A program made the position numbers and the translations under genes. A stretch of 64,000 nucleotides of DNA from Escherichia coli. GTDB taxonomy: Bacteria > Pseudomonadota > Gammaproteobacteria > Enterobacterales > Enterobacteriaceae. This document shows positions 41,664 to 53,548 of the stretch, one piece after another. The DNA is taken from the NCBI RefSeq assembly GCF_965641715.1, contig NZ_OZ282453.1, one strand, 5' to 3'. Numbering within the stretch: the first letter of the stretch is position 1; every line of letters starts with the position of its first letter. The notes beneath the pieces are model-generated. The model had not been told where the DNA came from. It made no database searches and was given only the letters and a program-made list of their open reading frames with translations.

Positions 41664-42367
41664 GAACGCTCCTTGTTACTTATTTTGCCAAATTTGTGGC
41701 TACGGTAGCCGTTGACCATGGTGGAGATCACCGTGTCGTCGGACATGATGTCTTCACGCAGCGCCATATAGACATGACCGATCACAAACGCGCCAATCAG
41801 CCACATCCCCAGCCGATGCCAGCTGTGAATGTCCATTGAGTTGCCTCCCGTCCAGTAGAAAAATTCCACCACATAACGGAACGGCGCAAAAATAGCGTAC
41901 TGGCTGTGTTCGCTGTACAGCGCAAAGCCGGTGATGATCATAAAGACCGACATCAGGAAATAGCCGAACATCGCCGCCTGGGCGATGGGGTTATGGCCTA
42001 TATCGGCACTCGGACGTTTTGCCAGAAACAGATACCAGCGGATTTCATACCACACGCCCTGCCACCAGCTTTTACGCCATACCGGCACGATAAACAGCTC
42101 GCGGGAGTATCGATTGCCAACAAAAGCCCAGTAGATCCGCATCAGCAAGACCACGGTAAAAACCATCCCGGCGCTGAAGTGAATTAACCTGATGTAGCCC
42201 ATATAGAACAGATACGTCGCCTCGCCGCTGACGGAAGGTAGCGGCTTGCCGATAAAGTATCCGGTGACCATCAACACCGCCATGCATAACACCGTCAGCC
42301 AGTGCCAGATGCGGACTGGCGCTTCAAAGACATAGTGGCTGACAACGTTGTCGCTTTTCTGTTGCAT
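41660..42367 (-). CDS. hyaC: Ni/Fe-hydrogenase-1 b-type cytochrome subunit HyaC
   Basis: 235-aa membrane cytochrome b. Confidence 0.9.
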   Translation of the reverse strand: MQQKSDNVVSHYVFEAPVRIWHWLTVLCMAVLMVTGYFIGKPLPSVSGEATYLFYMGYIRLIHFSAGMVFTVVLLMRIYWAFVGNRYSRELFIVPVWRKSWWQGVWYEIRWYLFLAKRPSADIGHNPIAQAAMFGYFLMSVFMIITGFALYSEHSQYAIFAPFRYVVEFFYWTGGNSMDIHSWHRLGMWLIGAFVIGHVYMALREDIMSDDTVISTMVNGYRSHKFGKISNKERS

Positions 42368-42385
42368 GATGATTCTCCTTCGCTG

Positions 42386-44179
42386 TTAACGCACCTGCAC
42401 GGAGATCAGCTCGCTACCGTCGTCGCCCAGCACGTGTGTTGAACAGGCGAGGCACGGGTCAAAGCTGTGCAGAGTACGCAGGATCTCCAGCGGTTGCTCG
42501 GGGATCGCCATTTTGGTGTTCATCAGCGCCGCTTCATAAGCGCCAATCTGCCCTTTGGGATCGCGCGGGCTGGCGTTCCAGGTGGTCGGCACCACGCACT
42601 GGTAGAGATCAATCTTGCCTTCGCGAATGGCGGCCCAGTGGCCTAACGCCCCGCGCGGCGCTTCGGTAAAGCCGACACCACGGCACTCTGTCGGCCAGGT
42701 TGTGGGTTCCCATTTTTCCGTGGAGGCGGTGGCAAGATTGCCGTTTTTCAGGTTGGTCATCAGCTTGTTGAAGAAATACTGCAACTTACCTGCGGCCCAC
42801 TGTGCTTCGTGCGCGCGGCACAAAATGCGGCCCAACGTTGACTGGATACCGGAAAGCGGCAGGTTCAGCGCCGACATCATGCGATCGACCGACTCAACGG
42901 TCGCAGCATCGCCTTTGTGATAAGCGATTAACGTGCGTGCCAGCGGCCCCACTTCCATCGCGTTACCGCGCCAGCGGGGCGCTTTGATCCACGAGTAGCG
43001 TTCCTGTTCATTCAGCTGCTGAATGTTGGTATCGCTGCCTTTGACATCGCCGGGGTTGTACCACGGGTCGGTAATGCCATCGAACGGATGACGCCCGACC
43101 TGATCGTTGGGATATCGATACCAGGCGTGGTCGACAAACTCCTGCACCTGCTGCGGATCAACCAAATCCACTGGCAGCACATTGTTGAAGTCGCCGTTAA
43201 TCACCGCGCCGCCAGGCATCAGCAGACTTTTCTCGCCAAAGTCGTTGGCAATATCCGGGAATGCGCCGTAGCTGAGGACACATTTATCAGAAAGACCCGT
43301 GCCGATTTCGCTCCACGGTTTGTTGAACTGACCAATGGCTAAGGCGTCGGGGATCATCACGTTGTTAATGAAATCCGCCGTGCGGGTGATAATCGACTGC
43401 ACCAGGTTCAGGCGTTCCATATTGACCGCCCCGACCGCGCCGCTTTCGTCAATGTTAATGGCGCAAGGCATCCCGCCGACAATCCAGTTTGGATGCGGGT
43501 TTTTACCGCCAAAGACCGCGTGGATTTTGACAATTTCACGCTGGAAATCGAGAGCTTCGAGATAGTGGGCAAAGCCCATCAGGTTAGCTTCTGGCGGCAG
43601 TTTGTACTGCGGGTGCCCCCAGTAGCCATTGCGGAAGATCCCCAACTGGCCGCCTTCAACGAATTTCTTCAGGCGATTTTGTACGTCGAAGAAATAGCCA
43701 GGGGATGATTTCGGCCAAGAGGAGAGACTTTGCGCCAGTTCGGAGGTTTTCCGCGGGTCGGCTTTCAGCGCATCTAACACATCGATCCAGTCCATCCCGG
43801 CAAGCTGATAGAAGTGCACCAGATGATCGTGGCACCAGAGCGTTGCCAGCATAATGTTGCGGATGATATTGGCGTTGTCCGGCACTTTAATACCGATGGC
43901 ATCTTCGATGGCGTAAACCGAAGCCAGAGCGTGTACGCCAGTACAGACGCCGCAGATACGTTCAACGAACACCCACGCATCGCGCGGGTCGCGCCCTTGC
44001 AGGATGATCTCCAGCCCGCGAAACATGGTGCCGCAGGAGACGGCATTGGTGATCACATTCTGATCGTTAATATTCACTTCGCAGCGCATGTGGCCTTCAA
44101 TGCGCGTAATCGGGTCGACCACCAGGCGGCGTCCGGCATTATTGATGGTGTATCCCTGAGTTTCGTACTGAGTGCTCAT
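42386..44179 (-). CDS. hyaB: Hydrogenase-1 large subunit HyaB
   Basis: 597 aa; N-terminal RICGVC and C-terminal DPCLAC Ni-binding motifs. Confidence 0.95.
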   Translation of the reverse strand: MSTQYETQGYTINNAGRRLVVDPITRIEGHMRCEVNINDQNVITNAVSCGTMFRGLEIILQGRDPRDAWVFVERICGVCTGVHALASVYAIEDAIGIKVPDNANIIRNIMLATLWCHDHLVHFYQLAGMDWIDVLDALKADPRKTSELAQSLSSWPKSSPGYFFDVQNRLKKFVEGGQLGIFRNGYWGHPQYKLPPEANLMGFAHYLEALDFQREIVKIHAVFGGKNPHPNWIVGGMPCAINIDESGAVGAVNMERLNLVQSIITRTADFINNVMIPDALAIGQFNKPWSEIGTGLSDKCVLSYGAFPDIANDFGEKSLLMPGGAVINGDFNNVLPVDLVDPQQVQEFVDHAWYRYPNDQVGRHPFDGITDPWYNPGDVKGSDTNIQQLNEQERYSWIKAPRWRGNAMEVGPLARTLIAYHKGDAATVESVDRMMSALNLPLSGIQSTLGRILCRAHEAQWAAGKLQYFFNKLMTNLKNGNLATASTEKWEPTTWPTECRGVGFTEAPRGALGHWAAIREGKIDLYQCVVPTTWNASPRDPKGQIGAYEAALMNTKMAIPEQPLEILRTLHSFDPCLACSTHVLGDDGSELISVQVR

Positions 44180-45294
44180 GCCTGTTTATCCTCATTGCCT
44201 GGCTGATGTTCGGTTTCTGTAGGTTGCTGGTTATGACGTCTGCGCTGGTCAACGGCGCTGGCGACTGCGTGCACACCAACAGCCGCTGCCACCACGCCAA
44301 GCGCGGTTAAACCGACGGTATCGGCGGTGGAATGAGTACCCATTTGCGGAATATCGACCACGCGGCTGTAGAACGAACCGCGATCCCAGAAACCATTTTC
44401 CGCACAGCCCAGGCAGCCGTGACCAGACTGGATTGGGAAAGAAACGCCATCATTCCAGCGTGTGGAGGAACAGGCGTTATAGGTGGTAGGCCCTTTGCAA
44501 CCCATTTTGTACAGGCAGTAACCTTTGCGGGCAGCGTCATCATCCCAACTCTGCACGAACTCTCCGGCGTCGAAGTGAGCGCGGCGATAGCATTTATCGT
44601 GGATACGCTGACCATAAAACATCAGTGGACGACCCATTCTGTCGACATCTGGCAAGCGATCAAAGGTCACCATGTAAGTAATGATGGCGCTCATCACATC
44701 CGGGATCGGCGGGCAGCCAGGTACTTTGATAATGGGTTTGTCGGTGATGACTTTGTCGATAGGCGTTGCCTGTGTCGGATTAGGTCGCGCGGCCTGCACG
44801 CAGCCCCAGGACGCGCAGGTTCCCCAGGCGATAATCGCGCTGGCTCCGGCAGCGGCACGTTTGAGTTTCTCAATAAACGGTCGACCGCTGCTGATACAGA
44901 ACATCCCCTGCTCGCCCAGCGGCGGATTACCTTCTACTGCGAGGATATATTTGCCATTGTATTGCGTGATGATGTCTTCAAAGACTTCTTCCGCCTGGGT
45001 TCCGGCGGCAGCCATCAAAGTATCGTCGTAATCGAGGGAAATCAGGGAAAGGATGACGTCCTTTGCCAGCGGGTGAGCGGAGCGGATAAAAGATTCGGTA
45101 CAGCAGGTGCATTCCAGACCGTGGATCCATACCACTGGAATGCGGGGTTTATTCTCCAGCGCCCAGGCAATCTTTGGTGCCATTCCCGCGCCTAATCCCA
45201 GCGACGTGGCAGCCAGACTACAATATTTGAGAAAGCTGCGCCGGGTAACGCCCTGACGCCGCATGGCCTGGTAAAATGTTTCCTCGTTATTCAT
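44176..45294 (-). CDS. hyaA: Hydrogenase-1 small subunit HyaA (Tat signal)
   Basis: [24 protein letters not shown] twin-arginine signal; 372 aa. Confidence 0.9.
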   Translation of the reverse strand: MNNEETFYQAMRRQGVTRRSFLKYCSLAATSLGLGAGMAPKIAWALENKPRIPVVWIHGLECTCCTESFIRSAHPLAKDVILSLISLDYDDTLMAAAGTQAEEVFEDIITQYNGKYILAVEGNPPLGEQGMFCISSGRPFIEKLKRAAAGASAIIAWGTCASWGCVQAARPNPTQATPIDKVITDKPIIKVPGCPPIPDVMSAIITYMVTFDRLPDVDRMGRPLMFYGQRIHDKCYRRAHFDAGEFVQSWDDDAARKGYCLYKMGCKGPTTYNACSSTRWNDGVSFPIQSGHGCLGCAENGFWDRGSFYSRVVDIPQMGTHSTADTVGLTALGVVAAAVGVHAVASAVDQRRRHNQQPTETEHQPGNEDKQA

Positions 45295-45719
45295 ATCGCA
45301 CGTCTCTTCTCCTTGCGACACCGGCAGGACACCGGGCGCTTATGGTCGGCAAGCGACGTCCCTGTAGCAAGGCAAACCATCGCTTCACGTGAGATGCTGA
45401 AAACGAAAGCTCATCCTTCTGCACTGGCGCACGTCGCCAGAAAGTAATGTTAATAAAGCGTAGTGAAACTTTTGCACAAAACAATACAAACTGTGTGGAT
45501 TTATCTTTTAGCGATAAAAATGGACCTATTTTTCTTTGGCAGAGCGGTGGGGATGTTTAGCCGGTTGCTAAACGAGTAAAAGAGAAGGAATTCATGGTGA
45601 TTAAATGATCAACCTGCTGTTATTTCACGCGATCAATGCACATTTGGCTGTTTTTCAGGCAAACAAACAAATTAGGGGTTTACACGCCGCATCGGGATGT
45701 TTATAGTGCGCGTCATTCC

Positions 45720-45807
45720 GGAAGTGTGGCCGAGCGGTTGAAGGCACCGGTCTTGAAAACCGGCGACCCGAAAGGGTTCCAGAGTTCGAATCTCTGCGCT
45801 TCCGCCA
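45720..45807 (+). tRNA. serT: tRNA-Ser (anticodon UGA)
   Basis: ggaagtgtggccgagcggttgaaggcaccggtcttgaaaaccggcgacccgaaagggttccagagttcgaatctctgcgcttccgcca; long variable arm, CCA end. Confidence 0.9.
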
Positions 45808-45815
45808 GATAAGAT

Positions 45816-45850
45816 AAGGGGTTAGCTAAATGCTAACCCCTTTTTCTTTT
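45816..45850 (+). terminator. serT intrinsic terminator
   Basis: aaggggttagctaaatgctaacccc then tttttctttt. Confidence 0.6.
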
Positions 45851-46013
45851 GCCTGTCGAAATTCTCAGGGCGTTATATTTGCTTAATGACCTGATAATCC
45901 GCTGTTAAACCTGTTCCAGATCAAATGCGTAAAGATGGGTAAAACTTCTGGGTGCCCTTACGCATTATCATTATGCTGCTTAATTAATTACATCTGTCAT
46001 AGAGAGTGACTCA

Positions 46014-46673
46014 ATGGATCGTATTGTTAGTTCTTCACATGACCGTACATCACTGCTTAGCACCCATAAGGTGCTGCGTAATACCTATTTTCTGCTGAGC
46101 CTGACGCTGGCCTTTTCGGCGATTACCGCAACTGCCAGTACGGTGCTGATGCTGCCATCTCCGGGTCTGATTCTGACGCTGGTGGGTATGTATGGTTTGA
46201 TGTTCCTGACCTATAAAACGGCGAATAAGCCGACCGGGATTATCTCCGCATTCGCCTTTACCGGTTTTCTGGGTTATATCCTCGGACCAATTCTGAACAC
46301 CTATCTGTCTGCCGGAATGGGTGACGTAATCGCTATGGCACTGGGCGGAACGGCGTTAGTGTTCTTCTGCTGCTCTGCATATGTGCTGACCACCCGCAAA
46401 GATATGTCGTTCCTCGGCGGTATGCTGATGGCGGGTATTGTGGTGGTGCTGATTGGTATGGTTGCTAATATCTTCCTGCAGCTGCCTGCTCTGCATCTGG
46501 CGATCAGCGCGGTCTTCATTTTGATCTCCTCTGGCGCTATTTTGTTTGAAACCAGCAACATCATTCATGGCGGTGAAACGAACTATATTCGTGCCACGGT
46601 TAGCCTGTATGTTTCGCTGTACAACATCTTCGTCAGCCTGCTGAGCATTCTGGGCTTCGCCAGCCGCGATTAA
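46014..46673 (+). CDS. yccA: FtsH modulator YccA (BI-1 family membrane protein)
   Basis: 219-aa 7-TM protein; synteny after serT. Confidence 0.9.
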   Translation: MDRIVSSSHDRTSLLSTHKVLRNTYFLLSLTLAFSAITATASTVLMLPSPGLILTLVGMYGLMFLTYKTANKPTGIISAFAFTGFLGYILGPILNTYLSAGMGDVIAMALGGTALVFFCCSAYVLTTRKDMSFLGGMLMAGIVVVLIGMVANIFLQLPALHLAISAVFILISSGAILFETSNIIHGGETNYIRATVSLYVSLYNIFVSLLSILGFASRD

Positions 46674-46763
46674 TCTCACCCGCTAACACTGTCATAGCCT
46701 CGCTTTATGCGGGGCTTTGTTTTTTGTTACACTGCCGGCAGTCTGATTAAGGTAGTAATAATT

Positions 46764-47093
46764 ATGCTGATCTTCGAAGGTAAAGAGATAGAAACGGATA
46801 CCGAAGGCTATCTCAAAGAAAGCAGCCAGTGGAGTGAGCCGCTGGCAGTGGTGATTGCAGAGAACGAAGGGATTTCGCTGTCGCCAGAACACTGGGAAGT
46901 GGTGCGTTTTGTGCGTGATTTCTATCTGGAATTCAATACTTCTCCGGCGATTCGTATGCTGGTAAAAGCGATGGCGAATAAATTTGGCGAAGAAAAAGGT
47001 AACAGCCGCTATTTATACCGACTGTTTCCGAAAGGCCCGGCAAAGCAAGCCACCAAAATTGCTGGCCTGCCAAAACCGGTAAAATGTATTTAA
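46764..47093 (+). CDS. tusE: Sulfurtransferase TusE
   Basis: [20 protein letters not shown]...; 109 aa. Confidence 0.85.
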
Positions 47094-47368
47094 CGGATAC
47101 GAAAATCGGCTAATTCCCCCGAGGGATGATGCGGCTCGCTAAGCACCCGTTCCACACGCGCAGAACGCGGGCCGCCACTCTTTAACCACTGCATTAATTT
47201 TTCCACCTGCCCTTCTTCACCGCAGGCAACCACTTCCACGCTGCCATCGTCAAGATTTTTGGCGTACCCGGTTAAGCCCAGTTTTTTCGCTTCGTACTGC
47301 GTGGTGTAGCGAAATCCTACGCCCTGAACTCGCCCGTAAACCCAGGCAATTATGCAGACTTTCGACAT
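47090..47368 (-). CDS. yccX: Acylphosphatase YccX
   Basis: [21 protein letters not shown] acylphosphatase signature; 92 aa. Confidence 0.85.
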
Positions 47369-47462
47369 TGCTGCTCTCCTTATCCTTAATGGACGCGTTG
47401 CAAATCCATGGAAAACTCCGGACAATGACGCCCATTTCTTTGCATCGACAGAAAAGTAAATT

Positions 47463-48653
47463 ATGAGTGTACGTTTAGTGTTAGCCAAAGGGCGCGAAAA
47501 ATCATTACTTCGTCGCCATCCGTGGGTCTTTTCCGGGGCCGTTGCCCGCATGGAAGGTAAAGCCAGCCTCGGTGAAACCATCGATATTGTTGATCATCAG
47601 GGAAAATGGTTAGCACGCGGCGCTTATTCACCAGCTTCGCAAATCCGGGCGCGCGTCTGGACGTTTGACCCGTCTGAGTCTATCGACATTGCTTTTTTTT
47701 CCCGCCGTTTGCAACAAGCACAAAAATGGCGTGACTGGCTGGCGCAAAAAGATGGCCTCGACAGCTATCGTTTAATCGCAGGTGAATCTGATGGCCTGCC
47801 GGGTATTACTATCGATCGTTTCGGTAATTTTCTGGTGCTGCAACTGCTGAGTGCTGGCGCAGAATATCAGCGCGCGGCATTAATTAGTGCCCTGCAAACG
47901 CTGTACCCGGAATGTGCGATTTACGATCGCAGCGATGTTGCGGTACGTAAAAAAGAAGGGATGGAGCTGACCCAGGGCCTCGTCACCGGCGAGTTGCCGC
48001 CTGCCCTGCTGCCGATTGAAGAACATGGCATGAAGCTGCTGGTGGACATACAGCACGGACACAAAACGGGCTACTACCTGGACCAGCGTGACAGCCGCCT
48101 GGCTACCCGCCGCTACGTTGAAAATAAACGCGTACTGAACTGTTTCTCCTATACCGGTGGTTTCGCCGTATCGGCACTGATGGGCGGTTGCAGCCAGGTT
48201 GTCAGCGTTGATACCTCCCAGGAAGCGCTGGATATTGCACGGCAGAACGTTGAGCTGAACAAACTGGATCTGAGCAAGGCTGAGTTTGTCCGTGATGATG
48301 TCTTTAAATTGCTGCGTACTTATCGCGATCGCGGTGAAAAATTTGACGTTATCGTGATGGACCCGCCGAAGTTTGTTGAGAATAAAAGCCAGTTGATGGG
48401 CGCGTGTCGTGGCTATAAAGACATCAACATGCTGGCGATTCAGTTGCTGAATGAAGGCGGTATTCTCCTGACTTTCTCCTGTTCCGGTCTGATGACCAGC
48501 GATTTATTTCAGAAAATCATCGCGGATGCCGCAATTGATGCCGGTCGTGATGTACAATTTATAGAGCAGTTCCGTCAGGCGGCCGATCATCCGGTGATCG
48601 CTACCTATCCGGAAGGGCTATATCTGAAAGGGTTTGCCTGTCGCGTCATGTAA
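47463..48653 (+). CDS. rlmI: 23S rRNA m5C1962 methyltransferase RlmI
   Basis: 396 aa; PUA and SAM-MTase domains. Confidence 0.9.
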   Translation: MSVRLVLAKGREKSLLRRHPWVFSGAVARMEGKASLGETIDIVDHQGKWLARGAYSPASQIRARVWTFDPSESIDIAFFSRRLQQAQKWRDWLAQKDGLDSYRLIAGESDGLPGITIDRFGNFLVLQLLSAGAEYQRAALISALQTLYPECAIYDRSDVAVRKKEGMELTQGLVTGELPPALLPIEEHGMKLLVDIQHGHKTGYYLDQRDSRLATRRYVENKRVLNCFSYTGGFAVSALMGGCSQVVSVDTSQEALDIARQNVELNKLDLSKAEFVRDDVFKLLRTYRDRGEKFDVIVMDPPKFVENKSQLMGACRGYKDINMLAIQLLNEGGILLTFSCSGLMTSDLFQKIIADAAIDAGRDVQFIEQFRQAADHPVIATYPEGLYLKGFACRVM

Positions 48654-49028
<375 letters not shown>

Positions 49029-49037
49029 TCCCTGAAC

Positions 49038-49075
49038 AAATCCCCGGAAGGTTTTTGCCTTCCGGGGATTTTTTA
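49038..49075. terminator. Bidirectional terminator between hspQ and yccU
   Basis: aaatccccggaaggtttttgccttccggggatttttt. Confidence 0.55.
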
Positions 49076-49486
49076 TTTGGCCAGGCCCAGGCGAGGGATC
49101 TCAATAGCCGGGCAGCGATCCATCACCACATTCAACCCGGCATCCCGTGCCAGTACTGCCGCTTGCTCATTAATCACCCCCAGTTGCATCCAGAGGGTTT
49201 TCGCGCCAATGGCAATAGCTTCCTGTGCCACGCCCCACGCCGCTTCTGAATTACGGAAAACATCGACCATATCGACCTTTTCCGGAACGTCTGCCAGCGT
49301 GCCATACCCCTGCTGGCCTAGCAGCGTTTTGCCGGCAACTTTTGGCGAAACCGGAATGACGTGATACCCCTGGTCGAGTAGATATTTCATCACGCGATAG
49401 CTGGGACGATCGGGTTTGTCGCTTGCCCCCACCAGCGCAATGGTATGAGTGGACGTTAAAATGCCTGCAATATCGGTTTCTTTCAT
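49073..49486 (-). CDS. yccU: CoA-binding protein YccU
   Basis: [25 protein letters not shown]...; 137 aa. Confidence 0.85.
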   Translation of the reverse strand: MKETDIAGILTSTHTIALVGASDKPDRPSYRVMKYLLDQGYHVIPVSPKVAGKTLLGQQGYGTLADVPEKVDMVDVFRNSEAAWGVAQEAIAIGAKTLWMQLGVINEQAAVLARDAGLNVVMDRCPAIEIPRLGLAK

Positions 49487-49658
49487 TATTTCCTCCAGAC
49501 TGTTTCACAAAGTGTACGACAAAGCCGACATGCCAACCATGCAGCTAATACGAATGAATGAGAGCAAAAGCGGGAAATATGTCTATATGTTAGTAAGTAT
49601 GATTAAAGAAAAATTTTGACACATTATTATTCGGGCGGTCTTTTGACAGGAGCTACCT

Positions 49659-50321
49659 ATGAAAACCGGCATCGTGACCACCTTGATTGCATTATGTTTG
49701 CCGGTATCCGTTTTTGCCACCACGCTGCGGCTTTCAACCGATGTCGATCTTCTGGTACTCGACGGCAAGAAGGTTTCCAGCTCTCTGCTGCGCGGTGCGG
49801 ACAGCATTGAACTGGATAATGGACCGCATCAGTTAGTGTTTCGCGTTGAGAAGACGATTCATCTTTCCAATAGTGAAGAACGGCTGTATATCTCACCACC
49901 GCTGGTGGTCAGTTTTAATACCCAGCTCATCAACCAGGTCAATTTTCGCCTGCCTCGCCTGGAGAATGAGCGGGAAGCTAACCATTTTGATGCCGCGCCG
50001 CGCCTTGAATTATTGGATGGCGATGCGACGCCGATTCCGGTAAAGCTGGATATTCTCGCCATTACCTCAACGGCAAAAACGATTGATTATGAGGTCGAGG
50101 TTGAACGCTATAACAAATCCGCGAAACGCGCTTCACTACCGCAATTTGCCACGATGATGGCAGATGACAGTACGCTGCTTTCGGGTGTTTCCGAGCTGGA
50201 TGCTATTCCACCGCAGTCTCAGGTGCTCACAGAACAACGGCTGAAGTATTGGTTTAAACTGGCTGACCCACAAACGCGAAATACTTTCCTGCAGTGGGCG
50301 GAAAAACAACCATCTTCCTGA
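49659..50321 (+). CDS. yccT: UPF0319 periplasmic protein YccT
   Basis: 220 aa with signal peptide; synteny. Confidence 0.85.
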
Positions 50322-50416
50322 GATTTTTGTGCCTGTGCGCAGGCTTTTTCGGTCTTTAACTTGCAGCGATAAGTGCTTACAGTAATCTGTAGGAAAGTTA
50401 ACTACGGATGTACATT

Positions 50417-50875
50417 ATGGAACTGACGACTCGCACTTTACCTGCGCGGAAACATATTGCGCTGGTGGCACACGATCACTGCAAACAAATGCTGATGAGC
50501 TGGGTGGAACGGCATCAACCGTTACTGGAACAACACGTACTGTATGCAACAGGCACTACCGGTAACTTAATTTCCCGCGCGACCGGCATGAACGTCAACG
50601 CGATGTTGAGTGGCCCAATGGGGGGTGACCAGCAGGTTGGCGCATTGATCTCAGAAGGGAAAATTGATGTATTGATTTTCTTCTGGGATCCACTAAATGC
50701 CGTGCCGCACGATCCTGACGTGAAAGCCTTGCTGCGTCTGGCGACGGTATGGAACATTCCGGTCGCCACCAACGTGGCAACGGCAGACTTCATTATCCAG
50801 TCGCCGCATTTCAACGACGCGGTCGATATTCTGATCCCCGATTATCAGCGTTATCTCGCGGACCGTCTGAAGTAA
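50417..50875 (+). CDS. mgsA: Methylglyoxal synthase
   Basis: [23 protein letters not shown]...; 152 aa. Confidence 0.9.
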
Positions 50876-50906
50876 TATTGCACAGGTGGCAAACGCCACC
50901 TGTTTC

Positions 50907-52961
50907 TTACGGTTTTCTCGCCACCGGCACATCCAGATTTTTCAGTATTTCGACAAAGGGAGAGGGATTTTCTTTGTTAAACAGTGCCCATACCCGATGG
51001 CGTGCCCGGGTCAGCGCCACGTACATTAACCGCCGTTCTTCCGCGTCCGGGAAATCCTCAACCGGTGGCAGTAGCGCCTCTTCCATAATCGATTCCCGCG
51101 CCGCAGCCGGAAAACCATCACTCCCCTCCTGCAAGCCAACGATGATGACGTAATCCGCCTGTTGCCCTTTGCTGGCATGAATGGTCATAAAGTCGATTTG
51201 CAACTTCGGCCAGCGTGTTGCCGCTTTTTCCAGGCTGGCAGGCCTCATGTGATGGTAACGCGCCAGGATCAGAATGCGCTCTTCCGGTTTGGCATAACCA
51301 GAGAGCTTATCCAGCAAAGCGTCAAGTTGACTCTCATCCAATAACGTGACGGCTTTTTTGTCTCCATTGGTTAAGCTGTTTAGCAGCTTTTTCAGCTGGC
51401 CTGGGTTCTGCTGAATAAACCGGTTTGCCACCTCACCGATACGACTGTTAAAACGGTAGGTCGTGTCTAAATCACAGCGATCGCCTTCACCAAAGTTTTC
51501 ATGGAAAGCGGTGGTGAGCGACATTTGCGCACCGCTGAATCGGTAAATCGCCTGCCAGTCATCACCAACGGCGAACAACGTCGTCTGACTGTTTTGCTTG
51601 CGTAATGCCGCTAACAACGCTGCCCGCTGCGGCGAGATATCCTGAAATTCATCAACCAGAATATGCTTCCACGGGCTGATAAAGCGACCTTTCTCCAGAA
51701 TCACAATCGCCTGATGAATAAGGCCCGAAAAATCGACAGCGTTTTCTGCCTTCAGCGCACCTTTCCAGGCTTTTAATAACGGGGCCATCAACTTGATACG
51801 TTTACTGAACAGATCGCGAATCTCTTCGGGTGCACTGGCAATCATTTCTGCCTGTGCACCACCGTGCATCCGCATCAGACTTACCCAACGATCGAGGCGT
51901 GAGGCAAGACGACGCTGTAATTTTTCATCATCCCAGAAGTTACCTTCTGGCACTGACCACTGCATTTCTTCCGTCAGCCATTGCCGCCAGCCCTTCGCCT
52001 GCGCTTTCTTTTCGCTGCATTGCTTGCGCCACTCAGCAATAAAGAGTTCATGACGGGCAGCGGTATCATTTTCCAGTTTGCTGACTATCGGAACTTTTTT
52101 GCTGCCCTGCTGAATAATATGCAGCGCCAGCGCATGAAACGTGCGTGCGGTAATGTCTTCGGTATGTAGCCGTTCGCGAATACGCTCGTCCATCTCTTCA
52201 GCGGCTTTGCGACCAAACGCCAGCAATAAAATTTGCTCAGGGGACGCTTCACCACGCGCCAGCAACCAGCCTGCACGGGCCACCAGCACCGACGTTTTTC
52301 CGCTTCCTGCACCTGCCAGCACTAACAGAGAATGCTCGCCATTAACGACTGCCCGGGCCTGCGCCGGATTCAGCGGTGAAGACTCGACCTGGCGGAAAAA
52401 ATCCGCATATTCGGTAAGCATGGCTTCGGTATACGCCTGGTTATGCTGCAACCGAGCGCTTTCAATATCTTTCAACCAGGCCTGACATTTACGCCACGCC
52501 TCACGGCAGTTATCGAATTCTTCCAGTCGGTTAACCGGCAACGGCAACGCCGACAAAGCCTGGCGGATTTGTTGCTGAACGCCAGAGGTTTGCTCACGCG
52601 TCAGCCATTTATTTTCTCCAGTGCGCGTGGCAATCAAATCCAGTTGCTGGCGTAAAACACCAGACGCAATTTCGCTCATCTCGCCACTCCACCGCCGCCA
52701 GTGAGCATCAAGATGATGGTAAAAACGCTGCGTCTCGCCCCATTCGGTGCCGTGCAGACGCACCACTTTTTCGTCCGGCAGTACAAATTCCAGCTCGCCC
52801 CATACCAGACCGCGCTTACAGTGAATCGCCAGTAATTGATTGAAAGGAATAAGGTATTCGTGGCGATCGCCGGAGACTTTAATCCCGGCATTGAGGATCA
52901 CCGCCCGATCGTAAGGGTGCTGTGCCAGACGTTTTCCAAGCGTTGTCGCTTTCAGTTCCAT
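50907..52961 (-). CDS. helD: DNA helicase IV
   Basis: MELKATTLGKRLAQ...; UvrD-like helicase with Walker A GAGSGKT; 684 aa. Confidence 0.9.
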   Translation of the reverse strand: MELKATTLGKRLAQHPYDRAVILNAGIKVSGDRHEYLIPFNQLLAIHCKRGLVWGELEFVLPDEKVVRLHGTEWGETQRFYHHLDAHWRRWSGEMSEIASGVLRQQLDLIATRTGENKWLTREQTSGVQQQIRQALSALPLPVNRLEEFDNCREAWRKCQAWLKDIESARLQHNQAYTEAMLTEYADFFRQVESSPLNPAQARAVVNGEHSLLVLAGAGSGKTSVLVARAGWLLARGEASPEQILLLAFGRKAAEEMDERIRERLHTEDITARTFHALALHIIQQGSKKVPIVSKLENDTAARHELFIAEWRKQCSEKKAQAKGWRQWLTEEMQWSVPEGNFWDDEKLQRRLASRLDRWVSLMRMHGGAQAEMIASAPEEIRDLFSKRIKLMAPLLKAWKGALKAENAVDFSGLIHQAIVILEKGRFISPWKHILVDEFQDISPQRAALLAALRKQNSQTTLFAVGDDWQAIYRFSGAQMSLTTAFHENFGEGDRCDLDTTYRFNSRIGEVANRFIQQNPGQLKKLLNSLTNGDKKAVTLLDESQLDALLDKLSGYAKPEERILILARYHHMRPASLEKAATRWPKLQIDFMTIHASKGQQADYVIIVGLQEGSDGFPAAARESIMEEALLPPVEDFPDAEERRLMYVALTRARHRVWALFNKENPSPFVEILKNLDVPVARKP

Positions 52962-53083
52962 GACTCTGTAGATCCACACGAAATTATTTCTTATCAGTGT
53001 AACCGTCAGAGAAAACGTGCTCCAGCCCAAAAAAACGTTACAATTGCCGCCCATTACTGAAAACCACAGTAAAGCGAGGTTTT

Positions 53084-53530
53084 ATGCGTACCGTTTTGAA
53101 CATTCTGAACTTTGTGCTTGGCGGATTTGCCACCACTCTGGGCTGGCTGTTGGCGACTCTGGTCAGTATTGTGCTGATTTTTACCTTACCGCTGACACGA
53201 TCCTGCTGGGAGATCACTAAACTGTCTCTGGTGCCTTATGGCAATGAAGCTATTCATGTCGATGAACTGAACCCGGCTGGCAAAAATGTGCTGCTGAATA
53301 CTGGCGGTACGGTATTGAATATTTTCTGGCTGATTTTCTTTGGCTGGTGGTTATGCCTGATGCACATTGCAACGGGCATCGCACAATGTATTTCAATCAT
53401 TGGCATTCCTGTCGGCATTGCGAACTTTAAAATTGCCGCTATTGCACTATGGCCGGTTGGTCGTCGCGTGGTATCGGTAGAAACAGCGCAAGCTGCGCGT
53501 GAAGCCAATGCACGTCGTCGTTTTGAATAA
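53084..53530 (+). CDS. yccF: Inner membrane protein YccF
   Basis: 148-aa hydrophobic protein; synteny. Confidence 0.85.
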   Translation: MRTVLNILNFVLGGFATTLGWLLATLVSIVLIFTLPLTRSCWEITKLSLVPYGNEAIHVDELNPAGKNVLLNTGGTVLNIFWLIFFGWWLCLMHIATGIAQCISIIGIPVGIANFKIAAIALWPVGRRVVSVETAQAAREANARRRFE

Positions 53531-53548
53531 TCCACTAATATGGCCTTT